Shown here in pieces: positions 1-9,004 of a stretch of DNA of 64,000 nucleotides. This DNA comes from Alphaproteobacteria bacterium (GTDB taxonomy: Bacteria; Pseudomonadota; Alphaproteobacteria; SP197): contig OZ219747.1 in assembly GCA_964291265.2 (NCBI GenBank), positions 2,688,001 to 2,752,000 on the forward strand, given 5' to 3'. A model generated the notes under the pieces. That model was not told the origin of the DNA. It saw only the letters and a program-made list of their open reading frames with translations, and searched no databases. The stretch's first letter is position 1. The number at the start of each line of letters is the position of its first letter. Made by a program: the position numbers and the translations under genes.

Positions 1-545
1 CATTCCTGGATGGTAACGCGTGACCGCGTTCAAGGGTCTTGCGGGATCACGTATCCCTTCCGTAGCCGCGTGGCGGTTCGATGTCCTCGAGGGCCTCGAT
101 GTCGGCATCGGCGACGCTCTGCAGGCGTTCTCCGTAAGGCGTGTCACGGAGGCTTTCGGGGATGCTGTCGAGGCGGTCACGCCATTCGTCCTGCAGGGTG
201 CGGCAGGCGTCGAGTGTTTTCGGGCGGATGCTGCGACCTGTAAGCCAGTCCGGCCAGCGGCTGCGGCAGTCTCGTGATGCGGTGTCGTTTGGACGGCCCG
301 GGGGTTTCCCCGGGGAGGCTGAGAAGCGCGTCGGGGTGAGACGTTCTCATTCCTGGATGGTAACGCGTGACCGCGTTCAAGGGTCTTGCGGGATCACGTA
401 TCCCTTCCGTAGCCGCGTGGCGGTTCGATGTCCTCGAGGGCCTCGATGTCGGCATCGGCGACGCTCTGCAGGCGTTCTCCGTAAGGCGTGTCACGGAGGC
501 TTTCGGGGATGCTGTCGAGGCGGTCACGCCATTCGTCCTGCAGGG
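1..545. repeat. Exact 198-bp direct repeat (1-198 = 348-545), offset 347 bp; first copy may extend beyond the window edge
   Basis: Base-by-base identity from CATTCCTGGATGG to CTGCAGGG; ORF-track translations at 20 and 367 share the same N-terminal sequence. Confidence 0.95.
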
Positions 546-714
546 CGCGCAGTTCGGCCACGGCGTCGTTCCAGCGTTGCGGTCGCGAGCGCCGGTCACG
601 ATGCTTTGGGGTGTGGACGGGAGGGATGCCGGCCTTGCGCCGTTCCCGGTATCGCCGCTGCTTTTCGGCGGGCGTGAGGGGCATGAGTGGTCTCCTTGTG
701 ACGGACGTGGTCAT
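394..714 (-). CDS. Small hypothetical protein (~106 aa), last gene of the IS21-linked operon
   Basis: MTTSVTRRPLMPLTPAEKQRRYRERR...RSRPQRWNDAVAEL...IEPPRGYGRD; ATGA overlap with the upstream TOPRIM gene at 711-714. Confidence 0.7.
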   Translation of the reverse strand: MTTSVTRRPLMPLTPAEKQRRYRERRKAGIPPVHTPKHRDRRSRPQRWNDAVAELRALQDEWRDRLDSIPESLRDTPYGERLQSVADADIEALEDIEPPRGYGRDT

Positions 715-1604
715 GATCTCGCTTGTGGTTCTTTGGTCCTGGCGTTGACGACGTCGTTCCAGTCGGCGTTTTCCGGCGGTCTGCGTCTGTGGAACGAGAC
801 GTGGGAGGGGAGCTTCATCTTTTTGCGCAGGGTTTCGGCCTGTCGCTCTCCGGCCTCGTCGTGGTCCTGGGCGAGGACGATGGTCCTGACGTTGGGCAGG
901 CTGCTTGCGGCGAGGCTGATCTGTTCGTGCTGTCTTCGCGAGGGTGCCCCGGCGGTGGAGAGGAAGGCGTGGCTGGGGGGACATTGGTCGATCTGGGCCA
1001 GGCTGAGGGCGTCGACGGCGCTTTCGGTGATGACGAGGGCCTCGAGGTCCGCGGCGGTTCCGGCGCGGACGGCGAACAGGCTTCGGGTTCCACCGGTGGC
1101 GAAGCGTTTCGGTCCGTCGGGGGGACCGATCTCGAAGCCGGTGAGCTTTCGCTTCCTGTTGCGATGGGCGAAGAGGACGCGTCCGTTGTGGTCGCGGCGG
1201 ACCAGGGGGCGGCAGGTGTCGAGGGTCTCCGGGAGGATGCCGCGCCCGGTGAGCCAGTCCGGGGCCGCATCGGGCGTTGCCGCGGCCCAGAGGCTGCGGA
1301 AGTCGCGTGGCGCGGCGTCGGGTGCTGCGAAGCGGGTGCAGATGTCGGCGAAGGCCAGTCCGCGGTTGAGCATGAAGTCGATGACGGTTCCGTTGTCTTC
1401 ATCGTTCTGGGTGTTGAAGTAGACCCAGTGTCCGTTGTTGAGGCACTTCGTGACGAGCTTCGGCAGGCCGGGTGCGCACAGGACGGGGTTGGCGCGTGTC
1501 GAGGCCTGTTCGTCGCGGACGTATCCCCAGTCGGCGGCGATGCGTTCGAACGGCATGCGCTTGACGGCGTCGAAGTCGACGCGGCGGGGTTTATCGGGTT
1601 TCAC
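711..1604 (-). CDS. DUF3991/TOPRIM primase-like protein
   Basis: GHWVYFN..D.DNGTVIDF N-terminal motif, TOPRIM motifs ITESAVDALS and LAQDHDEAGE; probable GTG start at 1604 overlapping the istB end. Confidence 0.75.
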   Translation of the reverse strand: MKPDKPRRVDFDAVKRMPFERIAADWGYVRDEQASTRANPVLCAPGLPKLVTKCLNNGHWVYFNTQNDEDNGTVIDFMLNRGLAFADICTRFAAPDAAPRDFRSLWAAATPDAAPDWLTGRGILPETLDTCRPLVRRDHNGRVLFAHRNRKRKLTGFEIGPPDGPKRFATGGTRSLFAVRAGTAADLEALVITESAVDALSLAQIDQCPPSHAFLSTAGAPSRRQHEQISLAASSLPNVRTIVLAQDHDEAGERQAETLRKKMKLPSHVSFHRRRPPENADWNDVVNARTKEPQARS

Positions 1605-2292
1605 GCCTGAGCCGCCAGGAGTCGCTGTCGATGGAGATGAGGGTTGCGTCGTGCATGAGCCGGTCGACGGTGCCGGCGATGCCGGAGGCGCTGGGGAAGA
1701 CGCGGTCCCACTGGGCGAAGGCGAGGCTTGTCGTGACCATGGTCGAGCGGCGCTGATAGCGCCGCGAGACGATGGCGTAGAGGATGTCGGCATGGTGGCT
1801 TTCGAGGGTCACGTAGCCGATTTCGTCGAGGACGAGCAGGCGGGGCCTGGCGAGGATCGCGAGGCGGCGGCGCAGCTCGCTGCGCGAGACGGTCTCGGCG
1901 AGTGCCTCGAGCAGTTCCGGCGCCTTCTCGAAGCGGACGGTGTGGCCGTGCAGCAGGGCCTGGTGCGCCACGTTGGCGGCGATCATGGTCTTTCCGGTGC
2001 CCTGCCCGCCGACGAGCACGGCGTTGTCCGCACGGTCGACGAAGCCGAGGCCGAGGAGCGCTTCGACATGAGCCCGGCTGATGTCGCGCGGCCATGTCCA
2101 GTCGAAGTCCGCCAGGGGCTTGAAGGCGGGCAGCCGCGCCGCGGCGCGGCGGCGCTCGTGGCTGCGGGCCCTGCGGGCCTGTTCCTCGCCGCTGACCACC
2201 TCCTCGATCCATGCGGTCCCGGCGACCTCGTCCCAGCGTTCGACGAGCCCGTGGAGGCCGAGCGCCCGGGCACGCTCCCTGAGCTCGCTCAT
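1591..2292 (-). CDS. istB: IS21-family helper AAA+ ATPase
   Basis: KPLADFDWTW, Walker A GGQGTGKT, Walker B LLVLDEIGY, DRLMH, SWRL; ATGA overlap with istA. Confidence 0.95.
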   Translation of the reverse strand: MSELRERARALGLHGLVERWDEVAGTAWIEEVVSGEEQARRARSHERRRAAARLPAFKPLADFDWTWPRDISRAHVEALLGLGFVDRADNAVLVGGQGTGKTMIAANVAHQALLHGHTVRFEKAPELLEALAETVSRSELRRRLAILARPRLLVLDEIGYVTLESHHADILYAIVSRRYQRRSTMVTTSLAFAQWDRVFPSASGIAGTVDRLMHDATLISIDSDSWRLRRETR

Positions 2293-3782
2293 GTCTTGTT
2301 CCTGGCGCTGGCTTCGGGCCTGTCGTAGGCGTCGAGAGCGGTCCCCCGCGGCGTCGTGCCACGGCCGCCGCGGCCGTCGTCGGCGATGCTGAGGGGCGGC
2401 AGGCCCTGCTCCCGGCGGCGCTCCTCGATGATGACGCGCACGGTTTCGGGGTGGCACGAGCCGCGCTCCAGCGCCGTGGCGACAGCCCGGTCGAGAGCGT
2501 CGGCGCCGTGCGCGTTGAGAAGCGTCTCCAGCATCCGGGCGCAGGAGGCCACGTTGCGCCCGTTGGTCCCGGCGCGCGCCAGCATCTCCTCGGCCCGCGG
2601 CACGGTGCGCAGGACCCGGTCGCGGACGCTCATGGAGCGGGCCCGCCGCTTGCCCGCGGCGATCGCCCTGGCATGCTCCGGATCGGTGACGGCCTGCTTC
2701 CTGTCGTAGGAGCGTCGGTGGCGCGCGACCTCGTCGGCGCCGTCGAGGATGCGAACCTCGTCGCGGTCGGCGACCAGCGTCAGCAGGGCCTTGGAGAAGC
2801 TACCCGGAACGCTGTAGTCGTTGGTGTCGAAGCGGGCGTGGCAGGTCTTGTCGATGCGCACCGGGCGGACCTCGTGATGCGGGAAGGGGTCGACGGGAAG
2901 GACGATCAGGTGCTCCCTCTCCCGGGCGAAGGCGTCCCGCACCAGGAGACTGTCGTCGTCCGGCCAGGGCCGCTCCGCGGCGGCGCCGAAGCACCACTCC
3001 CGAACCGCGGCGTTGAGCTCGCCGAGCGGGACCGTGATGTCGCGCCCGGCGAAGAACCCGGTGCGCGCGAAGCGCACACGGCGTTCCACGCGGCCCTTCT
3101 CCTGCGGGCTCCTGGGCCAGGCGGCGCTCGGTTCGAAGGCATAGTGGGCCGCGAGGCCGAGCAGCATCGGATGATAGGTGACCGCCTTGCCGCGGCGCGT
3201 CACCACGGCACTCTTCAGGTTGTCGTACAGAAGCCTCCGCGGCACACCCCCGAATGCCGCGAAAGCCTCGACATGGCCTTGCAGGAAGCTGGCCATCCGC
3301 GCGTCGTGGAACAGGCTCAGGACAGTCTGGCGCGAGTAGCTGAGGGTGACGAGAAGCCCCATGAGCCTGCGCTCCGCCCGGCCGATGCGGACCTTCCCGA
3401 ACTCGGCCCAGTCAACCTGCGCCTGCTCGCCCGGAAGGAAGCTCAGCCGCAGCGACGGCTCGGGCCTCTTCACCGGCCTCAGCCCGAGGCGGCGCAGGTC
3501 GTGACGGAAGTGATCCTCGCCGCCGCGGTAGCCCAGAGCCACGACCTGTCGCCAGAGCGTGCTGGCCGGAAGGTCCGGCGACGCCTCAAGACGCTCCCCG
3601 AGGAAGGCAACGAAGGGGTCGATGAGCTTGGCCCGCGGCCGCCGCTCCTGCCCCGACGCCTTGAGCGCCCGCGTCACCGTGCCGTGGTGCACGCCGAGAT
3701 GCCGGGCAATCGTCCCCACAGCCCAGCCCTCGGCCCGCGACAGCCGCACGATCGTCGCCCGCGTGTCCTCGTCGATCGCCAT
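2289..3782 (-). CDS. istA: IS21-family DDE transposase
   Basis: N-terminal HTH (IARHLGVHHGTV), PGEQAQVDW, LLYDNLKS, KGRVERRV, NDYSVP. Confidence 0.95.
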   Translation of the reverse strand: MAIDEDTRATIVRLSRAEGWAVGTIARHLGVHHGTVTRALKASGQERRPRAKLIDPFVAFLGERLEASPDLPASTLWRQVVALGYRGGEDHFRHDLRRLGLRPVKRPEPSLRLSFLPGEQAQVDWAEFGKVRIGRAERRLMGLLVTLSYSRQTVLSLFHDARMASFLQGHVEAFAAFGGVPRRLLYDNLKSAVVTRRGKAVTYHPMLLGLAAHYAFEPSAAWPRSPQEKGRVERRVRFARTGFFAGRDITVPLGELNAAVREWCFGAAAERPWPDDDSLLVRDAFAREREHLIVLPVDPFPHHEVRPVRIDKTCHARFDTNDYSVPGSFSKALLTLVADRDEVRILDGADEVARHRRSYDRKQAVTDPEHARAIAAGKRRARSMSVRDRVLRTVPRAEEMLARAGTNGRNVASCARMLETLLNAHGADALDRAVATALERGSCHPETVRVIIEERRREQGLPPLSIADDGRGGRGTTPRGTALDAYDRPEASARNKT

Positions 3783-3814
3783 GAACTCCCTCCCTCTGGT
3801 TCCTCAACGCCGCA

Positions 3815-4291
3815 TCACGGGTCCCTCAGCACCACATGCGTCACGACCCGTCCGCAACGGGCGCACCGAAGCGGCGATTCGCGTCGCTCTTGCGCCTTCA
3901 CAACCGCAGGTAGGGAGGTCGGCAGCAGTCGGGAAGGGTGGTCCGTAACGATTTCTTCGGAACCGGCGTCTCCAGACACCGCCGGAACGTCGCCAAGCAG
4001 CACCACAGCAGACGTCTGCGTGCCCATGATCTCGGCAAGCATCGCCGCCCTGGCCTTCAACGCACGCGCCTCCTCCGCCTTGCGGAGCCGGTAACGCCGC
4101 TGGCGGTGACGGCCCGTCTCACGGCCCCTCAGCGTGCTCTGGTAGCGACGACGCGACGCGCGGCGCCGCTCGATCCGGGACCGCTCCCTGCACTCATCGG
4201 AGCAATACACATGCCCCCGGTCACACGACCGGCAGAGAACAACCTGCCGCTGACACCGCTTGCAGTTGAACAGTCGTCCCGTCGTGCACAC
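3815..4291 (-). CDS. Cys-rich Zn-finger, Arg-rich accessory protein upstream of istA
   Basis: RLFNCKRC..VVLCRSCDRGHVYCSDEC...RQRRYR and C-terminal CARCG; probable GTG start at 4291. Confidence 0.7.
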   Translation of the reverse strand: MCTTGRLFNCKRCQRQVVLCRSCDRGHVYCSDECRERSRIERRRASRRRYQSTLRGRETGRHRQRRYRLRKAEEARALKARAAMLAEIMGTQTSAVVLLGDVPAVSGDAGSEEIVTDHPSRLLPTSLPAVVKAQERRESPLRCARCGRVVTHVVLRDP

Positions 4292-4673
4292 GATCCGTCT
4301 CGAGAGCGGGGGTGGACCCGGACGCAAAATGGCTCGACAATACACGGGAGTTCGGTCCCCCGTGACCGGCTCGTCCGGGTGCTGCGCCGGGGGTCGTCAT
4401 CACAACTCTGCCCGGCATCGCATCGCTCTTTCTTTCGATGCCGATCTAGCATCCACCCGGGGCGGCGGCAAAGTCGCCGCCCCGGGACCGGACAACGCGA
4501 CCCAGACCACAGGGAAAACAGACGATCCCGCGAGTGCCTCGGAACCGGAACCCTCCCGGCAACCCTCACCAAGACCGAAGCAGAGGCCGACGGAACAACC
4601 CGAACCGGACCAAAACGACAATAGGAAAAGACGGCGACGCTCGGTGAGACAATCAACCGAACACTGAACCCAC

Positions 4674-4710
4674 GACAACAGGACGTGACAATAGGACCTG
4701 ACAACAGGGA
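4674..4710. repeat. Three 13-bp-period subterminal repeats, probable IstA binding sites
   Basis: GACAACAGGAC / GACAATAGGAC / GACAACAGGGA; a further GACAATAGGA at 4617. Confidence 0.75.
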
Positions 4711-4789
4711 AGAAACACGACCCTGACAAAGCGCGGCAAATCGCCGAAATCCCGCCGTTCTATGCAGCCATCAACAGCGCCTCCCAAAC

Positions 4790-4842
4790 GCATCCTCAAC
4801 CGGTGAATATCACCAACAATCACCGCGTGGCCGAACGCTTAC
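4790..4842 (+). mobile_element. Orphan IS66 right end
   Basis: ATCCTCAACCGGTGAATATCACCAACAATCAC...CCGAACGCTTAC, near-identical to 59951-60001. Confidence 0.85.
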
Positions 4843-4935
4843 TGCCGGCCATCACCCCGGCCGGAAGCGGTGACTCTCGCTCGTCACCATGAGTCGAACA
4901 GGCGGGCACAGGGCTTCGGCACCTCGGGCCCCGAA

Positions 4936-5207
4936 GCCTTTCAAAGTATCAGACCTGTATAGCAGCTGCTCCGCTTGGTGTTGTTGCGGGCATGCAGGTC
5001 GGTCTCCGCCATTTCGATTCGCGGACGCTTGACTGGTTCGCCGACGCGTTGCGCTACGCCGCCGCCACCCGTCTGGCCCGCGAGCTTTGCGAGCGCACCG
5101 GCTGGTACAACGCCCTCGGCCGTCCGTGCCTGTCGGCGTGTCGGCGGCGACGAAAGCGCAGCCGGCGCTCGCCGGTCGCGTGGGGCTTTGAGCTTCCGCC
5201 GCCACAT
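4936..5207 (+). pseudogene. 5' fragment of a DUF4338-containing (IS4-associated type) gene and its upstream end
   Basis: MQVGLRHFDSRTLDWFA...LCERTGWYNALGRPCLSA; inverted homolog of ~7400-7610. Confidence 0.7.
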
Positions 5208-5209
5208 AT

Positions 5210-5512
5210 GTCTTCGTCGACCATCCCCAGGTGCCCATGGACAACAACCTGGCCGAGAGAACCCTCCGGGGTGCGGTGACCGCGAGAAAGCTGAGCTTCG
5301 GCTCCGACAGCGAGGAGGGCGCCGCCTTCACCGCCATCATGTACTCGGTCATCGGCACCCTTGCCATGAACGGCATCAATGTTCGGCGCTGGCTTCATGA
5401 GTGGCTTGATGCCTGCGCGCAGAACGGCGGCAAGCCGCCGGATGACCTCGACCCGTGGCTGCCATGGTCGATGAGCCCGGAGTGCCGACGGGACCTCGCG
5501 GAACCGGGGTGA
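5210..5512 (+). pseudogene. tnpC: IS66 transposase C-terminal fragment
   Basis: PMDNNLAERTLRG...RKLSFGSDS...WLPW; near-identical to ~59320-59621. Confidence 0.9.
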
Positions 5513-6292
5513 TCGAGTGCCGTTACTACGGCCGTGACTTCACCGCGCACGAGATGGAGCTGTTGCGATCCCTGATCACCCAGCACCCCACCCGTGCGGC
5601 CATCGCCCGCGCCTTCTGCCGCGAGACCGGCTGGTACAAGCCCGACGGGAGCCTCAAGGACATGACGGCGAGGGTCGCCTTGCTGGCCATGCATCGCGAC
5701 GCCCTCATCACGCTGCCGCCACCCCAACACCGAGTGAACCGATCCGGGCCCATCGTCTTCGGACCCGACACAGAGCCACCACCCATCCCGCCTCCCACCA
5801 CACTCGACGAGGTGCGGCCCCTCGCTGTCTCCATCGTCACAGGCGGCAAACGGCAAGGAAAGCTGTGGAACGAGTTCGTCGACCGCCACCACTACCTCGG
5901 CCACACGAGACTGGTCGGAGCCCAGATGCGCTACGCCATCCATGATCGCAACGGAGCGCCCGTCGCCATGCTCGGCTTCTCCACCGCCGCCTGGAAAATC
6001 GCCCCGCGCGACACCTTCATCGGATGGACATCTGAACAGCGTCAGAAGAATCTGCCGCTGGTGGTCGATCCTCGCCTTTTTGATCATGTCCTGAGCTTTC
6101 CGTCGCCAACCTTGGGTCCCACATCCTCGCTATCATGCGGCGCCGACTGTCCGATGACTGGACCAGACGCTGCAACATCACCCCGGTCCTCATCGAAACC
6201 TTCGTCCAGACACCGCGCTACACAGGCGCCGTCTACAAGGCCTCAGGGTGGATCCGTGTCGGAAGCATCAAGGGACGAGGCCGTTACGAGTT
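5509..6292 (+). pseudogene. DUF4338 protein, IS66 passenger, frameshifted near 6070-6110 and 3'-truncated
   Basis: WNEFVDRHHYLG...GAQMRY...LGFSTAAWK..PRD.FIGW; continues in another frame LIETFV...GAVYKASGW..VGSIKGRGR; GTGA overlap with tnpC stop. Confidence 0.8.
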
Positions 6293-6488
6293 GCCGCGGG
6301 AGCGGAGCTGGGGCGGCTGTACGGGCAGGCCGCGACCAAGCGTCTGCCCGCACTTCTGAACACGAATGATCCCTTTGCCTCCGACGACCCACAAACCGGC
6401 CGCTGCAAGGCTTGAGAGATGTCTTCACCTACATGGATATCGATGTACAGCTGTGGAGGAAGTGGCACGAGCCCGATTCCCGCCATTA

Positions 6489-6797
6489 TTATTTCCGAAA
6501 ATATTCATAATCTCTCAATCTTTTCTTACATCTTTTCAGTTCATCCTCTGTGAACAGCTCGTGCCACTCCGCGTTATCGTGGACGACTGCTTCGACACTC
6601 AGATCCAAACGCCCGAGTTCCCAAAGTCGCGTGTACCCGTGCGAGGGTTGCGGACTATTGATAAGCTGTTTTGCTGTTTGAATGGGTCCCTTCTCAATCA
6701 GCATGCGATGAAAGATGCTCGGCGTGTAACCGATGCTCTTTGCTTCGCGATAAATAGCTTGCATGGCTTCGCCAAATCGACGCTCAACATCTGCCAT
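6489..6797 (-). CDS. Low-GC hypothetical protein (102 aa)
   Basis: Clean ORF with GAGGGAGAGG RBS; GYTPSIFHRM...AKQLI...SHGYTRLWELGRLDLSVEA...LFTEDEL motif. Confidence 0.75.
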   Translation of the reverse strand: MADVERRFGEAMQAIYREAKSIGYTPSIFHRMLIEKGPIQTAKQLINSPQPSHGYTRLWELGRLDLSVEAVVHDNAEWHELFTEDELKRCKKRLRDYEYFRK

Positions 6798-6881
6798 TGA
6801 ACCTCTCCCTCAATCTTGCGCCGCGCTGCTGGATTGTCTCATTAGAGGGTGAGCAATTAAATCTCACGCTCCTTTACAGCG

Positions 6882-7550
6882 TTAAGTGTGTGTAGGCCGT
6901 CCGGGCGCACGGCGTGCGTAGCGAGCCTCCCAGTCGTCGGCGATGCGCTCCGCCGCCATGCGCAGGACCCGGGAGGCCAGTCCGTAGACCCGAACGCCGG
7001 GAAGCAGGAGAAACCGATGACCGCAGATCACGCGCCCGATGTTGGCGGCACGGGCCACGGCGGACCATTTGATCCACTCGTCCCGCGCCCGCAGCTTCCA
7101 GGTCGCTAACCCGAATCCCGTCCCGCCGAGCGTGCCGTGGCGGTGCGAGCGGATCCAGTAGCGCTTCTGGCCGCCGGGCGGACGCGCCCATCCCAGGGGG
7201 TGATGCGTCGCCATCATCGCCTCCCAGATCCGGCGATCGTCGGCGTCGCCCACCGGTTCGAGCGAGACTGGGCCGAGATCCTCCAGCAGGCAGGCGAGCC
7301 TGGTATCAGGAACGTCTTCGGCCGGATCGGGGACGCCTTGCGGCGGCGGAAGCTCGAGTTCTGAGCGATCGGCGAGCGCTGGCAACGCCTTCGCTGTCGC
7401 CGACAGGCACGGACGGCCGAGGGCGTTGTGCCAGCCGGTGCGCTCGCAAAGCTCGTGAACCAGACGGTGACGGGTGGCGTCGGCGGAGCGCAATGCGCCG
7501 GCGAACCAGTCAAGCGTCCGCGAGTCGAAATGGCGGAGACCGACCTGCAT
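6882..7550 (-). pseudogene. Truncated DUF4338 domain of a DUF4338-IS4 transposase type gene
   Basis: WEAMMATHHPLGWARPPGGQKRYWI...WKLRARDEWI.W...RFLLLPGVRVYGLASRVL...DWEARY, then abrupt end. Confidence 0.75.
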
Positions 7551-7819
7551 GCACGCAGCATGCACGAAACGGATCAGGTGTACAGGTCTGATACTATGAA
7601 AGGCCCGAAGCCCGTGGAGGAGAGAACTGCCGCCGGACGGACTCTCAAGGGGGAAGGCGGTTCCCGGCACGAGAGTGAAAACAGGCATGCGCCATTGTCG
7701 GATAACCGTAACGCCGCAATGCAGCGGGGGTGTTTTGCCGGGCATCCGCATGGGAAGATGGCATCACGTGTTGTTCAAGGTTCATGTGCATGGAGGAGGG
7801 AGGCGCATGGTGAGGCACG

Positions 7820-8953
7820 ATGGCTGAACGGGCCGACTGCGTGGTGATCGGCGCGGGACTGATCGGTCTTGCGATCGCCCATGAACTTGCAGGGAAGGGG
7901 ATGTCCTGCCGCGTGATCGATCGGGGAAGGATCGCCGGCGGGACGACATCGACGACATTCGCCTGGCTCAATGCCACCTCCAAGCTGGAACAGGACTACC
8001 ATCGGCTCAACCTTGCCGGCGTGGAGGGACATCGGCAATGGGCTTCCCGCTGGGGGAGCGACGTGACCGGTCACCGGCAAACGGGCTGCCTGATGTGGGC
8101 GGGCACGGACACCGCCACCACCCCTGATGATCTCGAACGGACCTTCGAGCATCTCTCCCGCCTTGACTATCCCTGTTGCCGCGTCGGCGGGCGCGAACTG
8201 GCCGACCTGGAGCCGCGCATTGCCTTCGGTCACGAGGCCGAAGGATTGCTGATGCCGCTGGATGGTTGGCTCGATGCACCGCGTCTGGCCGGTCACCTCG
8301 CGGAAGGCATCGTGCGCGGGGGAGGCGCCATCCATGAGGAGGCGCCGGTGACTGGCTTCCTCGGCGCCGCTCCCCTTCTGGAGGGCGTCTTGAGCGCAAG
8401 GGGCCCGTTCCATGCCGACTGGATCGTCATCGCCGCCGGGACCGCAACCGGTGACCTCGCGGCCATGGCGCTCGGGCACCAGATGGCGTTCCGGCCGGTG
8501 GAGAGTGACCCCGGTCTCCTGGTGGAGATTGTCGGGGCAGGGGCGTGGCTCAATCGCGTCGTCTGTTTTCCCGAAGGTGACGATGAACTCCACGTGCGCC
8601 CCACTGCGGCAGGGGGGCTGCTGATGGGAGCGGATGCCGCGGACAGGATGCTGTCCGACGACCTGCGGGCGAGGCGCCATCTCGCCGCCAGGGCACGACA
8701 CTACCTCGTCGGCCTCGATGCGGCTGACGTGATGGCGCGGACGACTGCGCGGGTCGGGCATCGTCCGATGCCTGCGGACGGTCGCTCGATCGTCGGTCAC
8801 CTTCCCGGATGCGACAACGTCTTCGTCGCCGTGACCCACAGCGGTATCACCCTGGCGCCGGCCATAGGCGCCCTGCTGGCCGACGAGATCACCGGCAGGC
8901 CGGCGTCACCCCTGTTGCAGGAGTTCCGCCCCTACCGGTTCGCCTGGACATGA
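7820..8953 (+). CDS. FAD-dependent oxidoreductase, DAO/glycine oxidase family
   Basis: VIGAGLIG dinucleotide motif, RPMPADG, THSGITLAP. Confidence 0.9.
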   Translation: MAERADCVVIGAGLIGLAIAHELAGKGMSCRVIDRGRIAGGTTSTTFAWLNATSKLEQDYHRLNLAGVEGHRQWASRWGSDVTGHRQTGCLMWAGTDTATTPDDLERTFEHLSRLDYPCCRVGGRELADLEPRIAFGHEAEGLLMPLDGWLDAPRLAGHLAEGIVRGGGAIHEEAPVTGFLGAAPLLEGVLSARGPFHADWIVIAAGTATGDLAAMALGHQMAFRPVESDPGLLVEIVGAGAWLNRVVCFPEGDDELHVRPTAAGGLLMGADAADRMLSDDLRARRHLAARARHYLVGLDAADVMARTTARVGHRPMPADGRSIVGHLPGCDNVFVAVTHSGITLAPAIGALLADEITGRPASPLLQEFRPYRFAWT

Positions 8954-8992
8954 AAAAATGGGGGCCCTCCCGGTGGCAAGCCTGGAGGACCC
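8953..8992 (-). terminator. Intrinsic terminator of the ABC operon
   Basis: Minus strand GGGGTCCTCC...GGAGGGCCCC hairpin followed by ATTTTTT between convergent genes. Confidence 0.7.
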
Positions 8993-9004
8993 CTGGTCCC
9001 GGTG

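Larger units (their letters stand above)
394..4728 (-). mobile_element. Extended IS21-family element; left end at 4728, right end not identified in the window
   Basis: istA-istB; minus strand begins TGTCAGGG at 4728; subterminal repeats GACAAYAGG at 4617, 4674, 4687, 4700. Confidence 0.8.

Noticed and set aside
1-545. CRISPR array or DGR template/variable repeat
   Set aside because: Only two long identical copies, no spacers, no adenine-specific mismatches, and no RT or cas gene in the window
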